Shown here in pieces: positions 38,626 to 49,712 of a stretch of DNA of 64,000 bases. Every line of letters starts with the position of its first letter. Position 1 is the first letter of the stretch. Below the pieces are notes generated by a model. That model had not been told where the DNA came from. It made no database searches and saw only the letters and a program-made list of their open reading frames with translations. This stretch comes from an uncultured delta proteobacterium (lineage in GTDB: Bacteria > Desulfobacterota > WTBG01), in contig CAWCBP010000001.1 of NCBI GenBank assembly GCA_963793865.1, positions 992,001 through 1,056,000 on the forward strand, in the 5' to 3' direction. A program made the translations under genes and the position numbers.

Positions 38626-39219
38626 TTATCTAACTGCTACACAGGTCCACCTTTCATATTTATCATACGCTTCATCGGTATCAACATCCATCGCCTCCCT
38701 CTCATCCTGTATCACTACTACGCTAATCAGATTCTTCATTATATCGATAACTGCCCTCCCCCCCATGTCCCCCTCCAGTAAAAGCAGTTCGCGTTTGGCC
38801 GATGACGGGAAAATGACCGGGTTCCCTCTTCTGCTCCCATACACCGGGACGACAATCCTGTTCATGTCTTTTTTGAATGCCGTTATGAGCCGGTCGATGG
38901 TGACTGCGCTTACATAGGGCTGATCACCCACCAAAAACATGAAGCCGTCACTTTCCGGACATGCACATTTCACCCCCGCCTTTACGGCAGCGCTCTGCCC
39001 ATATTCAGGATGTGAATTGTGAACCAGTGACAGACGATACTTTTGTCCCAAATCTCTTATCTCATCCTTCTGATAGACAAGCAAAACCTCATCAAGGGTG
39101 GATGCCATTGCCGCGCGTATTACCCGTTCAAGCATGGGAATGCCTTCGACAGCGAGGGTAAGCTTTTCCCTCTTCATTCTGCTCGAAAAACCGGATGCCA
39201 GTATAATACCGGAAATCAT
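38626..39219 (-). CDS. mocA: Molybdenum cofactor cytidylyltransferase (MocA-like)
   Basis: ILASGFSSRM..K, GQSAAVKAG, GDQP, RGNPVIF, GDMGGR, DVDT; own SD (GAGGGA) before ATG 39219. Confidence 0.85.
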   Translation of the reverse strand: MISGIILASGFSSRMKREKLTLAVEGIPMLERVIRAAMASTLDEVLLVYQKDEIRDLGQKYRLSLVHNSHPEYGQSAAVKAGVKCACPESDGFMFLVGDQPYVSAVTIDRLITAFKKDMNRIVVPVYGSRRGNPVIFPSSAKRELLLLEGDMGGRAVIDIMKNLISVVVIQDEREAMDVDTDEAYDKYERWTCVAVR

Positions 39220-39221
39220 AC

Positions 39222-40373
39222 TTATTCCCTCTCCCGGCCGGATGATTTCTGCTCTGACTGGAGCCTCATTATTATCAGCACGACCACATAAAGAAAAGCA
39301 GAAATAATAAAAAGGCTTCGCGGCGCAGTCACATGCATAATGATCGAAGGAAGCGAGGGGGCCTAAAATGCTTCCCATACCATAGGCGGCAGTTATCATT
39401 GCGTTACCCCGGGGCAGATCTTCAGATGGCAATCGCTCTCCGATGATGCCTACTGCCAATGGATAAAGGGCCCCCACCGACATTCCTGCCAGCATTAAAG
39501 GGACCGCAAGACCCATCCTGAAAGTGCCGGCCACAATGATCAAAAAAACGGCAATGCCCAGAAGATAGACAAGGGCCAGCACACGCCTGAGGCCTATGCG
39601 GTCAGCAAGCATACCGATGAAGGGGGGACTCCCTCCATGGCCGATCATAAAAGCGGAAAGGAGTATGCCCGTTTGGGCAGGGTTAAAACCCTCCCGTAAT
39701 GTATAGAGAGGAATCAGCGCAATCAGCGAACCTTCCATGAAACCGGCAGTAAAATTTGTCATCAGTGAAAGTGAAATGCGCGTGAACAACCGCTGAACAA
39801 GCGATGGCGCGGCGGATGTGTCGCGCCGGTCAACCCGTATTGTAGTGCGCATGGAAAAGGCAGCAGCAAGGCAGGCAAGTCCTCCGAAGATAAAAGGCAC
39901 ACCGGTACCAAATGTCACAAGCCACAGCGCCACAGGGGTAATCATCAAACTGAAAGAAAAGGCGAATGCGTACAGGCCCAGATTTCTTCCTCTGTTGTCA
40001 TCGCCGCTGAACGGTTTATCAGCACTTCGGAGGAGATTATTACGGCCCCAAAGGTAATGCCAAGGGCAAATCGTAATGCGATCCAGATCGGAACCGAGTT
40101 GAAGAAAGACAGAATGATCATGAGCACCCCTGAAATGGTGAGGCCGGACAGGAGCACCGGTTTTATTCCGAAGCGCTCAATCAATTTTCCCACACCGGGC
40201 GCGCCTAGTGCCATTCCAATAAATATGGCGCTCGCCATTAAACCGATCACCGGTGTGGCGACTGCCATTCCTTCAAGAATGACCGACGTCACTGGAATGA
40301 TGATGCCCCAGCACAACCCAACCGTGAAGACGGCAATGATGGCATTGAGCAAGGGCAGATTTCTAAAATTCAT
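39222..40373 (-). CDS. MFS transporter (frameshifts near 40012 and 39348)
   Basis: GKLIERFGIK and GMLADRIGLRR motifs; reconstructed end ...SLFIISAFLYVVVLIIMRLQSEQKSSGRERE* stops at 39222. Confidence 0.82.
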
Positions 40374-40407
40374 ACATATACCGTTAGCGATAGCCTTGAC
40401 CCAAAAC

Positions 40408-40553
40408 GAGATTGCCGCGCGGAGTTTATCCTGAGCGAAGAACGAGATTCTTCGCGTTGCTCAGAATGACAAGCGAAGGGCTCGCAACGACAAAATCAAG
40501 GAATGACGCACCAATAGGGTCGTTGCGAGGAGCGTAAGCGACGAAGCAATCTC
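40408..40553. repeat. Nested palindromic repeat cluster (REP/MITE-like)
   Basis: GAGATTGC...CTCGCAACGAC and inverted GTCGTTGCGAG...GCAATCTC; inner CCTGAGCGAAG...GAAGGG and GAGATTCTTCGCGTTGCTCAGAATGAC. Confidence 0.75.
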
Positions 40554-40782
40554 ATGTAAAATATTTAATAAAATCAAAGGATAATTGTCTTGTTTTGGAT
40601 ATAAAGATGATTAATTTCAGGCACATCATTTCGCAATAGACCATAAAACACATGCACAAACTGAGTCAAGTTCTTAATCGGTTATGATTTTCAATTAAAC
40701 TTCTCCTTTGCTCTTGTACTCACTCCAAGGCTATGTTATTTTGTCTGTAACCTTTCCACAAATTATTTTAATGGAGGTATTC

Positions 40783-41539
40783 ATGAAAAGCCTATTCTCA
40801 TTTCTGCTGTTTTCTCTGCTTGCGCTTACACTGGTAACACACACAATGGCAGGACCTGCTGCTGAAAAGCTACCACCTCCGCCCGCTGCCCCGGCATCAG
40901 AAACTGCCGGATTCCAGGGTACGGTCATGGAAACCATCAACAGCGCGGGATACACGTACGTCAATGTGGATACCGGGAAGGATAAAATCTGGGCGGCGGC
41001 ACCTGAAACACCGGTTAAAAAAGGTGACACGGTAACTATTCCACCTGGTATGCTCATGCGCAACCATCATAGTAAAACCCTCAACCGCACCTTTGACACT
41101 GTTTACTTTGTGTCCGCCATATCAGTGGCAGGGGCAAAGCCGACTGAAGGAAAGCCTGCATCTGACGGCGCGGATATGGTTCACGGCAGGAACATCGCCG
41201 CTGTGCCGTCTGATATAAATTTCTCAGGAATTGCTAAAACCGGAGGGTGGCAAAACGGTCAATGAAATCTATCTTCAGCGGGATTCGTTGTCTGGTAAAG
41301 AAGTCATTCTGCGTGCTAAGGTGGTCAAATTCAGCCCCCAAATCATGGGCAAGAACTGGCTTCATGTCCAGGACGGTACCGGCGAAAAAGGAACCAATGA
41401 TCTCACCGTCACATCCGCGGCCGCAGCAAAAGTAGGGGACACCGTTCTCGTGAAAGGTGCCCTTTCAACAAACAAGGATTTCGGCCTCGGCTACAAATAT
41501 GATCTGATCATCGAAGACGCTCAGGTCACCGTTGAGTGA
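40783..41539 (+). CDS. Exported two-OB-fold protein (NrfJ-like N-domain; frameshift near 41240)
   Basis: GGAGG SD, signal peptide, GTVMETINSAGYTYV...WAAAP, then VVKFSPQIMGKNWLHVQDGTG in the next frame. Confidence 0.75.
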
Positions 41540-41615
41540 GCATTCGTTAGGCTCAACGTACGGCCTGCTACACAGGGCTTTTGAAATCGAATGGATTTTG
41601 AAAGAGGAGATACGG

Positions 41616-42380
41616 ATGACAGCTGCCGGAAACCGGACCATGACAGTGGAAGCGATCATTCTGGGAGCGTTTCTTCTCATCGGACTTGCTCTTGGAGGAT
41701 ACTTTATCGGAACGGGTGTGGCCCGTTTTAAGTCTGATACGCGAACAGTCACGGTCAAGGGTCTTGTCGAAAAGGAAGTTAAGGCAGACCTGGCAATCTG
41801 GTCACTTCGTTTCAGGAGGGCCGGCGAAGACCTTCAGAACGCCCATTCATTGATCGTCTCCGACCGGGACACAGCGCTCTCGTTCCTCCGGAATCATGGC
41901 TTTAAAGACGATGAGATCAGCCGGCAGCCCACACGCACTATTGATAAACTCGCACGTGAATATGGGCAATCAGAAGGCAATGAACGGTATCGTTATTTAG
42001 TGACTGCTTCACTTGTCGTTACAACCACAAATGTCGATCTCGTCACCAAGGCCATTGGGGCGACTGAAGAACTTCTCAAGTCAGGCGTGGTGCTGGATGG
42101 GCAGGATGATGGGGGGAAAGCCAACCCGCGTTATGTGGTTACGACCTTTAATGCCCTCAGGCCCCAGCTTCTCGCTGAAGCCACAAAGAATGCCCGTAAT
42201 ACAGCACAACAATTTGCATCTGATTCGGGTGCACGGGTTGGTAAAATTCGTTCCGCAAATCAGGGTACGATCCAGATCTTTGGCAGCGACGGAAACGATG
42301 AATCCGCCCCCTATAGCCCCACCAGCACACCAACTAAGAAAATCAGGGTTGTCAGCACTTTTGAATTTGAGCTCAGATGA
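41616..42380 (+). CDS. SIMPL (DUF541) domain protein
   Basis: RTVTVKGLVEKEVKADLAIW, LAEATKNAR..A.QFA.DSG, IRSANQG, KKIRVVST. Confidence 0.9.
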   Translation: MTAAGNRTMTVEAIILGAFLLIGLALGGYFIGTGVARFKSDTRTVTVKGLVEKEVKADLAIWSLRFRRAGEDLQNAHSLIVSDRDTALSFLRNHGFKDDEISRQPTRTIDKLAREYGQSEGNERYRYLVTASLVVTTTNVDLVTKAIGATEELLKSGVVLDGQDDGGKANPRYVVTTFNALRPQLLAEATKNARNTAQQFASDSGARVGKIRSANQGTIQIFGSDGNDESAPYSPTSTPTKKIRVVSTFEFELR

Positions 42381-42402
42381 TCAAAAGACGGGGAATACAC
42401 AT

Positions 42403-44079
42403 TTACCGGATTTGGTCCAGGTCGTAGATGAAAATGGAATAGCCTATTTTAGCAATGGGCTTATATTGCTTGAGCCAATCATAAAACTGCTTGTCACTGA
42501 AATACACATTCTGCAAATTGGTTGCGCTGATGGCCAGCATCCCGGTTGTGGGAAAAGTAAACGAGCGCATCCTGGCGCTGCCCTCGCGATAATCTTCAGG
42601 CAGATAATAGCTTGGCATCCAGTCGTAACGGACTCCATAATAACTGGGATCTGCAGTGCCGAAATAGCTTAAATGAACCCTGTCTATACCCTTTTCCTTC
42701 ATGTAAAATCCTAACCCCTTCAGGTCCTGTCCCCAGTCCAGATTTGAATCCACCAGATAGCGATAACCGTTATCCGGGCCTCCTGCAATTTCATTAAAGT
42801 ACGCCAGATAATGGGGGTAAATGGCAAGTGATCCTGCAAGATACCAGCAGGAGAGTATAACCATGGCCACGGATCTCCATACCCTGCCCTGGATTATATT
42901 AATACCTTCAACCGCCGTCCCTGCCAGCACAAACAAAAAAGGGTATGCGGGCAGTATATAGCGCAGCCCGATGCTTTGATGATTGATGCTGAATAAAATG
43001 AAATATGCTGCAACCGGTGCGCACATAAAAATCAAATCTGGCGAGGCACGAAGGACACCCTTGAAATAAAAAAACAATGCCGTGAGAAGCAGAACAAAAA
43101 GCGGAATGGGCGTTTTAAGCAGAAAGGCGATGAAATAGTAATACCACCATCCGGATGTTGAATACATGCCCAGCAAAAAAGAAGGGTGACCGCCTTCCGC
43201 GTGAAGCAATTGATGGGTCACTCCTCTGAAATAATGATGCAATTGAAATCGATAGCCCAGGCTGAGTACGAAAATCGCCAGTAGAACAATAAACAGCAGC
43301 AGGATTGACAGCCTCATCCATTTGAATTGGACCTCTTTTTTGTTCAGCCACCGGGAGAAAGGAAACCCATCTGGAAGCCTCGCATCCTCCGATGAAAAGA
43401 AAATAGAAGCAGCGGCTATGACGAATACCGGCACCTGAAGCAGAGCGCTGTATTTTGAGAGCAGGGCACAACCCGTTGCCAGGGAGCAGGCAATAATCCA
43501 GCCCCAACCCCCATTCCTGCGGAGTACTTTCCAGAGGCAGTAGAACGAAATAAAAGTAAAACAGGTAAGTGCCATATCCGGTGTTATAAGCCCGGAGTGG
43601 GCAAGCATGTTGGGGCAAAAACTGAACAGGAACAAGACACACAGTGCGGATGGATTGCCATATAGTTCCCGTGCCCATCTAAAAAGGAAATAGCCAAGGA
43701 GCAAGGCCAGTAAAAGCGTTGGCACCCGTGCCAGCATGAGCAGGCGGTCCTGCGGATATCGACGATCGGTGAGCAGCCTTAAGCCCGCGCCCGGGATGCT
43801 CAAATTTGATTTATCCACACCTTTGAGAGCCGGGGGCAGATTCCAGGCGCTTTCATCGGCTTCATACCAGAGAAACGGGAAGCTGTTGAGATAATATGAA
43901 AGCGGCGGGTGCAGCGTGGATGACGGGATGTCCCAGGAGGGGTGCTTCAGCAGATAATATCCCAAACCGAAATAATTGGTCTCATCCCAGGTGGGCGATT
44001 TCGACCGTATGGCACCATAAGACTGCAAAACGAAGACGGCCAGAAGTAGTACGAGAATAATTTTTGCCTTACGGGTCAT
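42403..44079 (-). CDS. GT-C membrane glycosyltransferase (ArnT/PMT_2, GT39/83-like)
   Basis: SPTWDE, HPPL, TPDMA, LSKYSA, DSNLDWGQDL; many TM helices. Confidence 0.88.
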   Translation of the reverse strand: MTRKAKIILVLLLAVFVLQSYGAIRSKSPTWDETNYFGLGYYLLKHPSWDIPSSTLHPPLSYYLNSFPFLWYEADESAWNLPPALKGVDKSNLSIPGAGLRLLTDRRYPQDRLLMLARVPTLLLALLLGYFLFRWARELYGNPSALCVLFLFSFCPNMLAHSGLITPDMALTCFTFISFYCLWKVLRRNGGWGWIIACSLATGCALLSKYSALLQVPVFVIAAASIFFSSEDARLPDGFPFSRWLNKKEVQFKWMRLSILLLFIVLLAIFVLSLGYRFQLHHYFRGVTHQLLHAEGGHPSFLLGMYSTSGWWYYYFIAFLLKTPIPLFVLLLTALFFYFKGVLRASPDLIFMCAPVAAYFILFSINHQSIGLRYILPAYPFLFVLAGTAVEGINIIQGRVWRSVAMVILSCWYLAGSLAIYPHYLAYFNEIAGGPDNGYRYLVDSNLDWGQDLKGLGFYMKEKGIDRVHLSYFGTADPSYYGVRYDWMPSYYLPEDYREGSARMRSFTFPTTGMLAISATNLQNVYFSDKQFYDWLKQYKPIAKIGYSIFIYDLDQIR

Positions 44080-44113
44080 TCCAATTCACCGCCTGTGATA
44101 TCCCAAACATGCT

Positions 44114-45019
44114 TCAGAGCCTTGATCCAAAAAGCGCGCAGACAATTTCACCTGCGGTTACCCATATCCGGGCAAGCAATGAGATAAGCACGGCAACCGG
44201 ACTGACCACATAGTTTGCCAGCAACAGTGCCAGTATCCCTTCCCTCACCCCGAGACCGCTCGGTGCAAAGACGCTCAGTGTTCCCAGGGCGCCTGCCACC
44301 GCAACGCTGGCGGATAAACCGAATATGCTACTGAGCGGGATAAAGGTGATGGCATTGACAAAAAAATAAAAGGCAATGCCCTGCACCAGTACCAGTATCA
44401 TATAATTAGCAAAGAGATAAATCATGGCGGTGTAGCCTAACGATTCCTGAACCGTTTCCTTCTTCATCCAGCGCAGTACACTGTTAATGACGGCATAAAA
44501 AACTTTTGGGTGCAGCATAACCATCCCCGCCGCCACGGCACATACCAGGATATAGAGCAGATTATCTGAAAGGACGGTCAATTCAGAACGGGTTGTAAAG
44601 AAGAGAAGAAAAAAAACGATGCTTGCGGTCAGTTCAAGCACCACTTCGAGCACGGCGCTGGCCAACGCTATCGGTTTGGGCATGCCTTCCTTCCCGGCAA
44701 GATAAACCTTACCGAGTACAAGCCATACCTTGCCGGGAAGATATTTCCCCATGGTGCTTACAAAAGAGATTTTCAAACATTTGCGAAGGCTGAGTGACGC
44801 TTCCATTTTATGGAGCATCACCATCCAGATATAAACCCTGAAAAATAGATAGCCGAGTAAAATCAGGAAGGAAATCAAAAGTGAACTCCAGGCAAAGCTG
44901 AAATCGAAGTCTTTAACCTGGGTCCAGTTTTTGTAGAGAACCCGGATCAGAAAAAACAAGATGAGCGATACCAGCAGGCAGGAAATAAGATTTCTTGCCC
45001 CAAGTTTCTTCATAGGCAT
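44114..45019 (-). CDS. Lysylphosphatidylglycerol-synthase-TM / flippase-like membrane protein
   Basis: GKYLPGKVW and PSGLGVREG motifs. Confidence 0.85.
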   Translation of the reverse strand: MPMKKLGARNLISCLLVSLILFFLIRVLYKNWTQVKDFDFSFAWSSLLISFLILLGYLFFRVYIWMVMLHKMEASLSLRKCLKISFVSTMGKYLPGKVWLVLGKVYLAGKEGMPKPIALASAVLEVVLELTASIVFFLLFFTTRSELTVLSDNLLYILVCAVAAGMVMLHPKVFYAVINSVLRWMKKETVQESLGYTAMIYLFANYMILVLVQGIAFYFFVNAITFIPLSSIFGLSASVAVAGALGTLSVFAPSGLGVREGILALLLANYVVSPVAVLISLLARIWVTAGEIVCALFGSRL

Positions 45020-46222
45020 TACCCGCAATCCCCGGTGCAATTAGAGCCGGTAAGGCTTGAATAGAGCTGTTCCTGCTGCCTGAGCATTTTCCATATATCG
45101 AACTCTTGAACCATTTCTGTGCCCTTTTCCCCCATGCTTCGCGCTTCTTCAGGGTGCTTTAGCAGGTACAATATCTTACGGGCCATGCCCTGAATATCAT
45201 GCGGCTGCGTGACAAAGCCGTTGACCCCGTTGTGGATGGCCTCACGTGATCCGTTAACATCACTGGCCACAACCGGAACGCCGGCAGCCATTGCCTGTGG
45301 TAAGACCCGGGGCAAGCCTTCCCAGAGAGAGGTAAGAACAAGAATTTCAATGGAGTGCATTATCTCCGGTACATCCTTCCTCCATCCCGCCAGATGTACT
45401 TTATTCGATATTTTAAGTTGTTCCGCCAATTCCTTAATGTCTGATCTCAGCACACCATCACCGACCAGAAGAAATTCCACCTGATCATGTTCGTCAATGA
45501 CCAGTCGCGCTGTTTTTACAAAATCGAGCGGGGCTTTTTGCGGCTTAAAACAGGCGACCATCGCTACCACGGGGTCGCCGTTGGTGATGCCCAGGCTTTC
45601 TCTCACGGCCGTACGGTCGCACTGCACACTTTTATATTCGCTTATGTCAATGCCGCTTCGGATGAGTACGGTTTTATCAGTGGTAAAAATTTTCTCTTTC
45701 ATTCCCTCTTCCAGGTTGGCCCGGGAAACAAGGATAAAAGCCCTGGTTATAGATGCGGTCAGCCGCTCCAGAAAAATATAAAAAGCCCTTACCAGCGGGG
45801 GCTGAAATTGATGGAAGCTGAAACCGTGCACGGTATGAACAATGTGCCTGATACCTGCCAGCCTGGCAGCCCATCTTCCCAGGATGCCCGCCTTTGAGCT
45901 GTGGGTATGCACGATAACCGCGGCATCAGCGTTTACCTCCCTCTATAGCGGACGTCCCTTTTAATCGTTCTCAAAATACCTGCAATTTTAACAAGAGCCG
46001 TGATATCCTTAAGGGCCGTCATCTCCCGCACAAGCTCAGGGATAAGAAACAGGCGAACCCCGTTCAGATGCCGCGCCTCGTCGACCAGCATCCCAGCGGC
46101 ACCGGATATCAGGACAGGCTCATACCTCTCAGGTCAAGATGCGCGACAGTAAAAAGGGTGTTCTGTTGCGCGCCACCCAGCTCAAGCTTGGTAATGATGT
46201 GCACCACGGTTATTTTACCCAC
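45019..46222 (-). CDS. Glycosyltransferase family 4 (frameshifts near 46130 and 45945)
   Basis: HIITKLELGGAQQNT, HTHSSKAG, HTVHGF, WEGLPRVLPQAMAAG. Confidence 0.88.
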
Positions 46223-47532
46223 GGAGCACCTCTGCTGCCGCCTTGCCTTCAAGAATGGTATCCTCCATGGACATGTACTTCCAGCTCCCATACCGCCCGA
46301 TGGACCATACCCCATTGCTTTTCAGGTAATCAATTATAGAAGACAGGTTTTTCCTTCTGAACGTATCATAGATTACATAGGCATAGGGAATATCCACCGC
46401 ATCTTCGGCAATGACTCTGTCGCTGCCGCTCAGCATGCCGCAGCGTTCAAGACCTTCTTTAGCCGCATCTATCATTGCCCTCTTATCTAACGGCATCTCC
46501 GGCAGATGTGATATTTCAAGGTACAGAGAGGTTGCATTGGACGGTGCGCTTGCTGCTGCAAAATTAGAATAGTTTCCTGATCGGTAGAAGGGGAAAACGG
46601 CCTCCGGGAAATATATCCAGTGCTGGTCGGTTATGCCATCCCGGTCGATTCCAAGGTTAACATCCAAAACCGATATATGACGAAGCCCGCGTTTTATCTC
46701 TGCGATATCCGAGGGAAGATGACGAATCATGCCGAGCAATTCCGGCAGCGGAATGGTAGATACAAGCGTGTTATATGCAAGCGAATCGCCGTCGCTAAAC
46801 CAGACCCGTTTTTCCTTGAGATCAACCGCCGCCAACTGCTTCTCATAGAGGACTTCATTAACATGGGGCAGAAAAGATTGCGGGAGGATACCGATGCCGC
46901 CTTCTATAGGGTAGAGAAACTGCGCGCTGTAGCCCATGTGCTCATTGGTTATTCCCAGCGCTCCCCCCACCACCTCGTCCAGGGTCGGCACCGGAATAGA
47001 CCACTCAACCCAGTCACTGGAAAGGAGGTTTAGATCGGTTCGCCATAATTTCTCATTATAGGGCAGCATAAAATAGTTTGCTATACCCTCACCAAAATCG
47101 CTGATAATCCAATCTTTAAATGATGGTCCGCCATTGCGTTCAATGGCCAGCTTTTCAGGTCCTGGCTGCAGAAGCTCGTCTTTCCATCGCCTTGCAGAAT
47201 CCCACCAAACATTCCTTTATCACTTCCCGCGGCAGCTTGTACAAATTTGCCTGAAAGGGATAAGGAGTAAGAACCCCCTGCGCGCAGATGGAGGCGCGAC
47301 GCCTGTGGGCAGATAAGCGTCCGGGCATGAGTTGCTTCATCAGCCCTCGTGTATAATCCTGCCGGGTATGCAGCAGGTGTCCGGTGTAATCAAAGGTAAA
47401 TCCATTCTTTGTATATGAGCGGCACAGACCGCCTGCCTCCTTCTCTTTTTCGAAGATCTGATAGTCCACCGGTTTTCCGAGATGAAAGGCGGTGCTTAAT
47501 CCAGCCAGGCCCGCGCCAATAATCAAAATCAT
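46215..47532 (-). CDS. FAD-dependent oxidoreductase (UDP-galactopyranose mutase / protoporphyrinogen oxidase-like; frameshift near 47182)
   Basis: GAGLAG, GGLCRS, FTFDYTGHLLH, PYNEKLW, GRYGSWKYMSMED. Confidence 0.85.
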
Positions 47533-47559
47533 AATCCCTTACCCCTCTTTCACACCGGG

Positions 47560-48564
47560 TTAGAGGGTCATATCAATTCTTTTTAAAAAATATCCCGTGC
47601 CCAGGCCTGCGGCAATAAGACATAAAATAATTGTTAGCGCCACAGAGTCACTTACATTCATGATCAACAAAGCGGCAATCCCGAGCAGGATTGATATGGC
47701 ATAGCTGATGGTAACCGTTTGTCTGGTTGACAGCCGCCACTTTCTCAGCCTCAGCGCGAAGTGGTCGGGGCTTCCGGTAAGAATGGACATGCCTCTGCGG
47801 TAGCGGATATACATCACAAACATGGTATCAAAGATGGGAACACCTAAAATGAGCACCGGTGCAAAGCATCCCAGATTATTATGCGCGGTGAAATTTCCGA
47901 TCATGGCCAGGCTTCCCATCATCATCCCGATAAACATGCTCCCGGTATCACCCAGGTAAATCTGCGCCGGTTCAAAATTATAGCGCAGAAAGCCCAGCAG
48001 GCTGCCGCCCAAAGCGGCGGCAATAATGGCAATGATCATGCTGTGATTAATCACCCCTACCAGTATAAATATGATCGAGCACATGAGCGCCACGCCTGAC
48101 GAAAGGCCGTCCATCACATCAATTATATTCAAGGCGTTGATGATGCCGATGAGCCAGACATATGAAAGGGGCAGGCTGATATACCAGGGTATTATATCCA
48201 GCTTGATGATAATTCCCGAACGCATGAGCACCAACACGGCAATGCTCTGCCCGCACAATTTAACGGCCGGGGAGAGAACGCCGAAATCATCAATGAGCCC
48301 CAGAATAACGATTATGGTACCCGCAAGCAGGATTCCCAGCATTTCCTGGTCAAAGCTGAAGGTAAGAGACAGGCTGATCAGAAATGCAAGGTATACTGCA
48401 AGTCCGCCCAGATACGGTACAGGGGATCGCTGGTTCTTGAGCCTTCCGTCAGGCCGGTCCACAATATTAAATTGCAGGGCAGCCTTTCTCATCAGCGGTG
48501 TCAAATAGATGGAAAGCGAAAACGCCAAAATAAACGTCAGAAGGTATATAAGATACAGTCTCAT
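47560..48564 (-). CDS. Undecaprenyl-phosphate GlcNAc-1-phosphate transferase (WecA/TagO, MraY family)
   Basis: PYLGGLA, GLIDD, NIIDVMDGL, IYLGDTGS. Confidence 0.92.
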   Translation of the reverse strand: MRLYLIYLLTFILAFSLSIYLTPLMRKAALQFNIVDRPDGRLKNQRSPVPYLGGLAVYLAFLISLSLTFSFDQEMLGILLAGTIIVILGLIDDFGVLSPAVKLCGQSIAVLVLMRSGIIIKLDIIPWYISLPLSYVWLIGIINALNIIDVMDGLSSGVALMCSIIFILVGVINHSMIIAIIAAALGGSLLGFLRYNFEPAQIYLGDTGSMFIGMMMGSLAMIGNFTAHNNLGCFAPVLILGVPIFDTMFVMYIRYRRGMSILTGSPDHFALRLRKWRLSTRQTVTISYAISILLGIAALLIMNVSDSVALTIILCLIAAGLGTGYFLKRIDMTL

Positions 48565-49712
48565 GCAGGCTGTTTTTGCTGGAGCAGTTCTTGATAGAGG
48601 GCTTCTGTTTTTGCAATCATGGCGTCAATGCTGAAATGCCGCTGGACCCGCTCCCTGCCGGCAGCTCCCATGGAAAGTGCCCGAGGTTCGTCTGAAAGCA
48701 AAGCCTTGATGGCCTCCGCCAGCGCGTGGACGTCCTGCGGCGGCACGATCATACCCGTTACCCCCCGGACCACCAGTTCAGGGATACCCCCGACTTCTGT
48801 GGCGACTACCGGCTTACCCGCAGCCATCGCCTCCAGTACTGCGTTGGGCAAACCTTCCCATCGGGAGGGAAGCACAAAGAGGTCAATGCAATGCAGCAAA
48901 CGATCAACATCCGGTCGCAGGCCCAGAAATTGTATCCTGTCTGTTAATTCGAGCGAACGGGCTAATTTCTTTAGATTATTCTCTTCCTCCCCTTCTCCCA
49001 GTATGAGCAGCTTTACACGGGGACAGGCAGTATGAACCACGGCCATTGCTTGAATAAGACAATCAAAGCCTTTCTGACGGTGAAGCCTACCGGCAGTCAT
49101 TACCAGCCTGTCATCAGCATTCAGCCCGTTACGGCTCCTCAACTCCCCATGATCGCGTATATCGCCCTTTGCAACCGCAATGCCGTTATAAATGGTCGAT
49201 ATTTTTCGTTCTGCTATGCCTGTTGAGCGATGCACATGAGCTTTTACCTGTTCGGATACCGCCACATAGTGATCCGCCATGAAGGCCGTTGCCCGCTCGA
49301 TGAAGCGGCTATACGGCTTCTCACCGCCCATCACCCGGACAGAGCATATGACAACCGGAACACCGGTGAGAAATGCGGCAATTCTTGCAATAATATTTGC
49401 CCGGAAGAGAAACGAATGCACAATAACCGGCTTCTCTTTGAGAAAATAAAGTGCAAGCAGCATGAGGACGCGAAGCGAATCAAACCAGCCTGAAAGTGTA
49501 TCCTCATCCTTCATGTCGAGGGAATACACATTCACACCCTCAGTTTCCAGCATGTTTGCGTAGACACCTTTCTTTTTAAGCGAGCAGAGTCTGACGCTAT
49601 AGCATGCCGGATCCAGACCTTTGATGGTGTGATACAGCATCTTCTCCGCGCCGCCGACGCCGGTGCCGGTTATGACATAAATTATTTTTTTCTTCGATTC
49701 AATTGATCCCAT
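48561..49712 (-). CDS. Glycosyltransferase family 4
   Basis: GGAEKML, GRLHRQKG, WEGLPNAVLEAMAAG. Confidence 0.93.
   Translation of the reverse strand: MGSIESKKKIIYVITGTGVGGAEKMLYHTIKGLDPACYSVRLCSLKKKGVYANMLETEGVNVYSLDMKDEDTLSGWFDSLRVLMLLALYFLKEKPVIVHSFLFRANIIARIAAFLTGVPVVICSVRVMGGEKPYSRFIERATAFMADHYVAVSEQVKAHVHRSTGIAERKISTIYNGIAVAKGDIRDHGELRSRNGLNADDRLVMTAGRLHRQKGFDCLIQAMAVVHTACPRVKLLILGEGEEENNLKKLARSLELTDRIQFLGLRPDVDRLLHCIDLFVLPSRWEGLPNAVLEAMAAGKPVVATEVGGIPELVVRGVTGMIVPPQDVHALAEAIKALLSDEPRALSMGAAGRERVQRHFSIDAMIAKTEALYQELLQQKQPA

Noticed and set aside
38626..39948. Apparent MFS-MocA fusion (440-aa ORF)
   Set aside because: A frameshift near 39348 joins them. The MFS has a natural hydrophobic end and stop at 39222 in another frame, and MocA has its own SD and ATG at 39219.
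42013..42672. 219-aa ORF and the many other short overlapping ORFs in the track
   Set aside because: They are shadow or antisense frames of well-supported genes with no recognisable motifs.
46215..47532. HemY protoporphyrinogen oxidase linking to the HemF-like gene
   Set aside because: Motifs (FDYTGH, PYNEKLW, GRYGSWKY) and glycan-cluster context fit the UGM-like group better.
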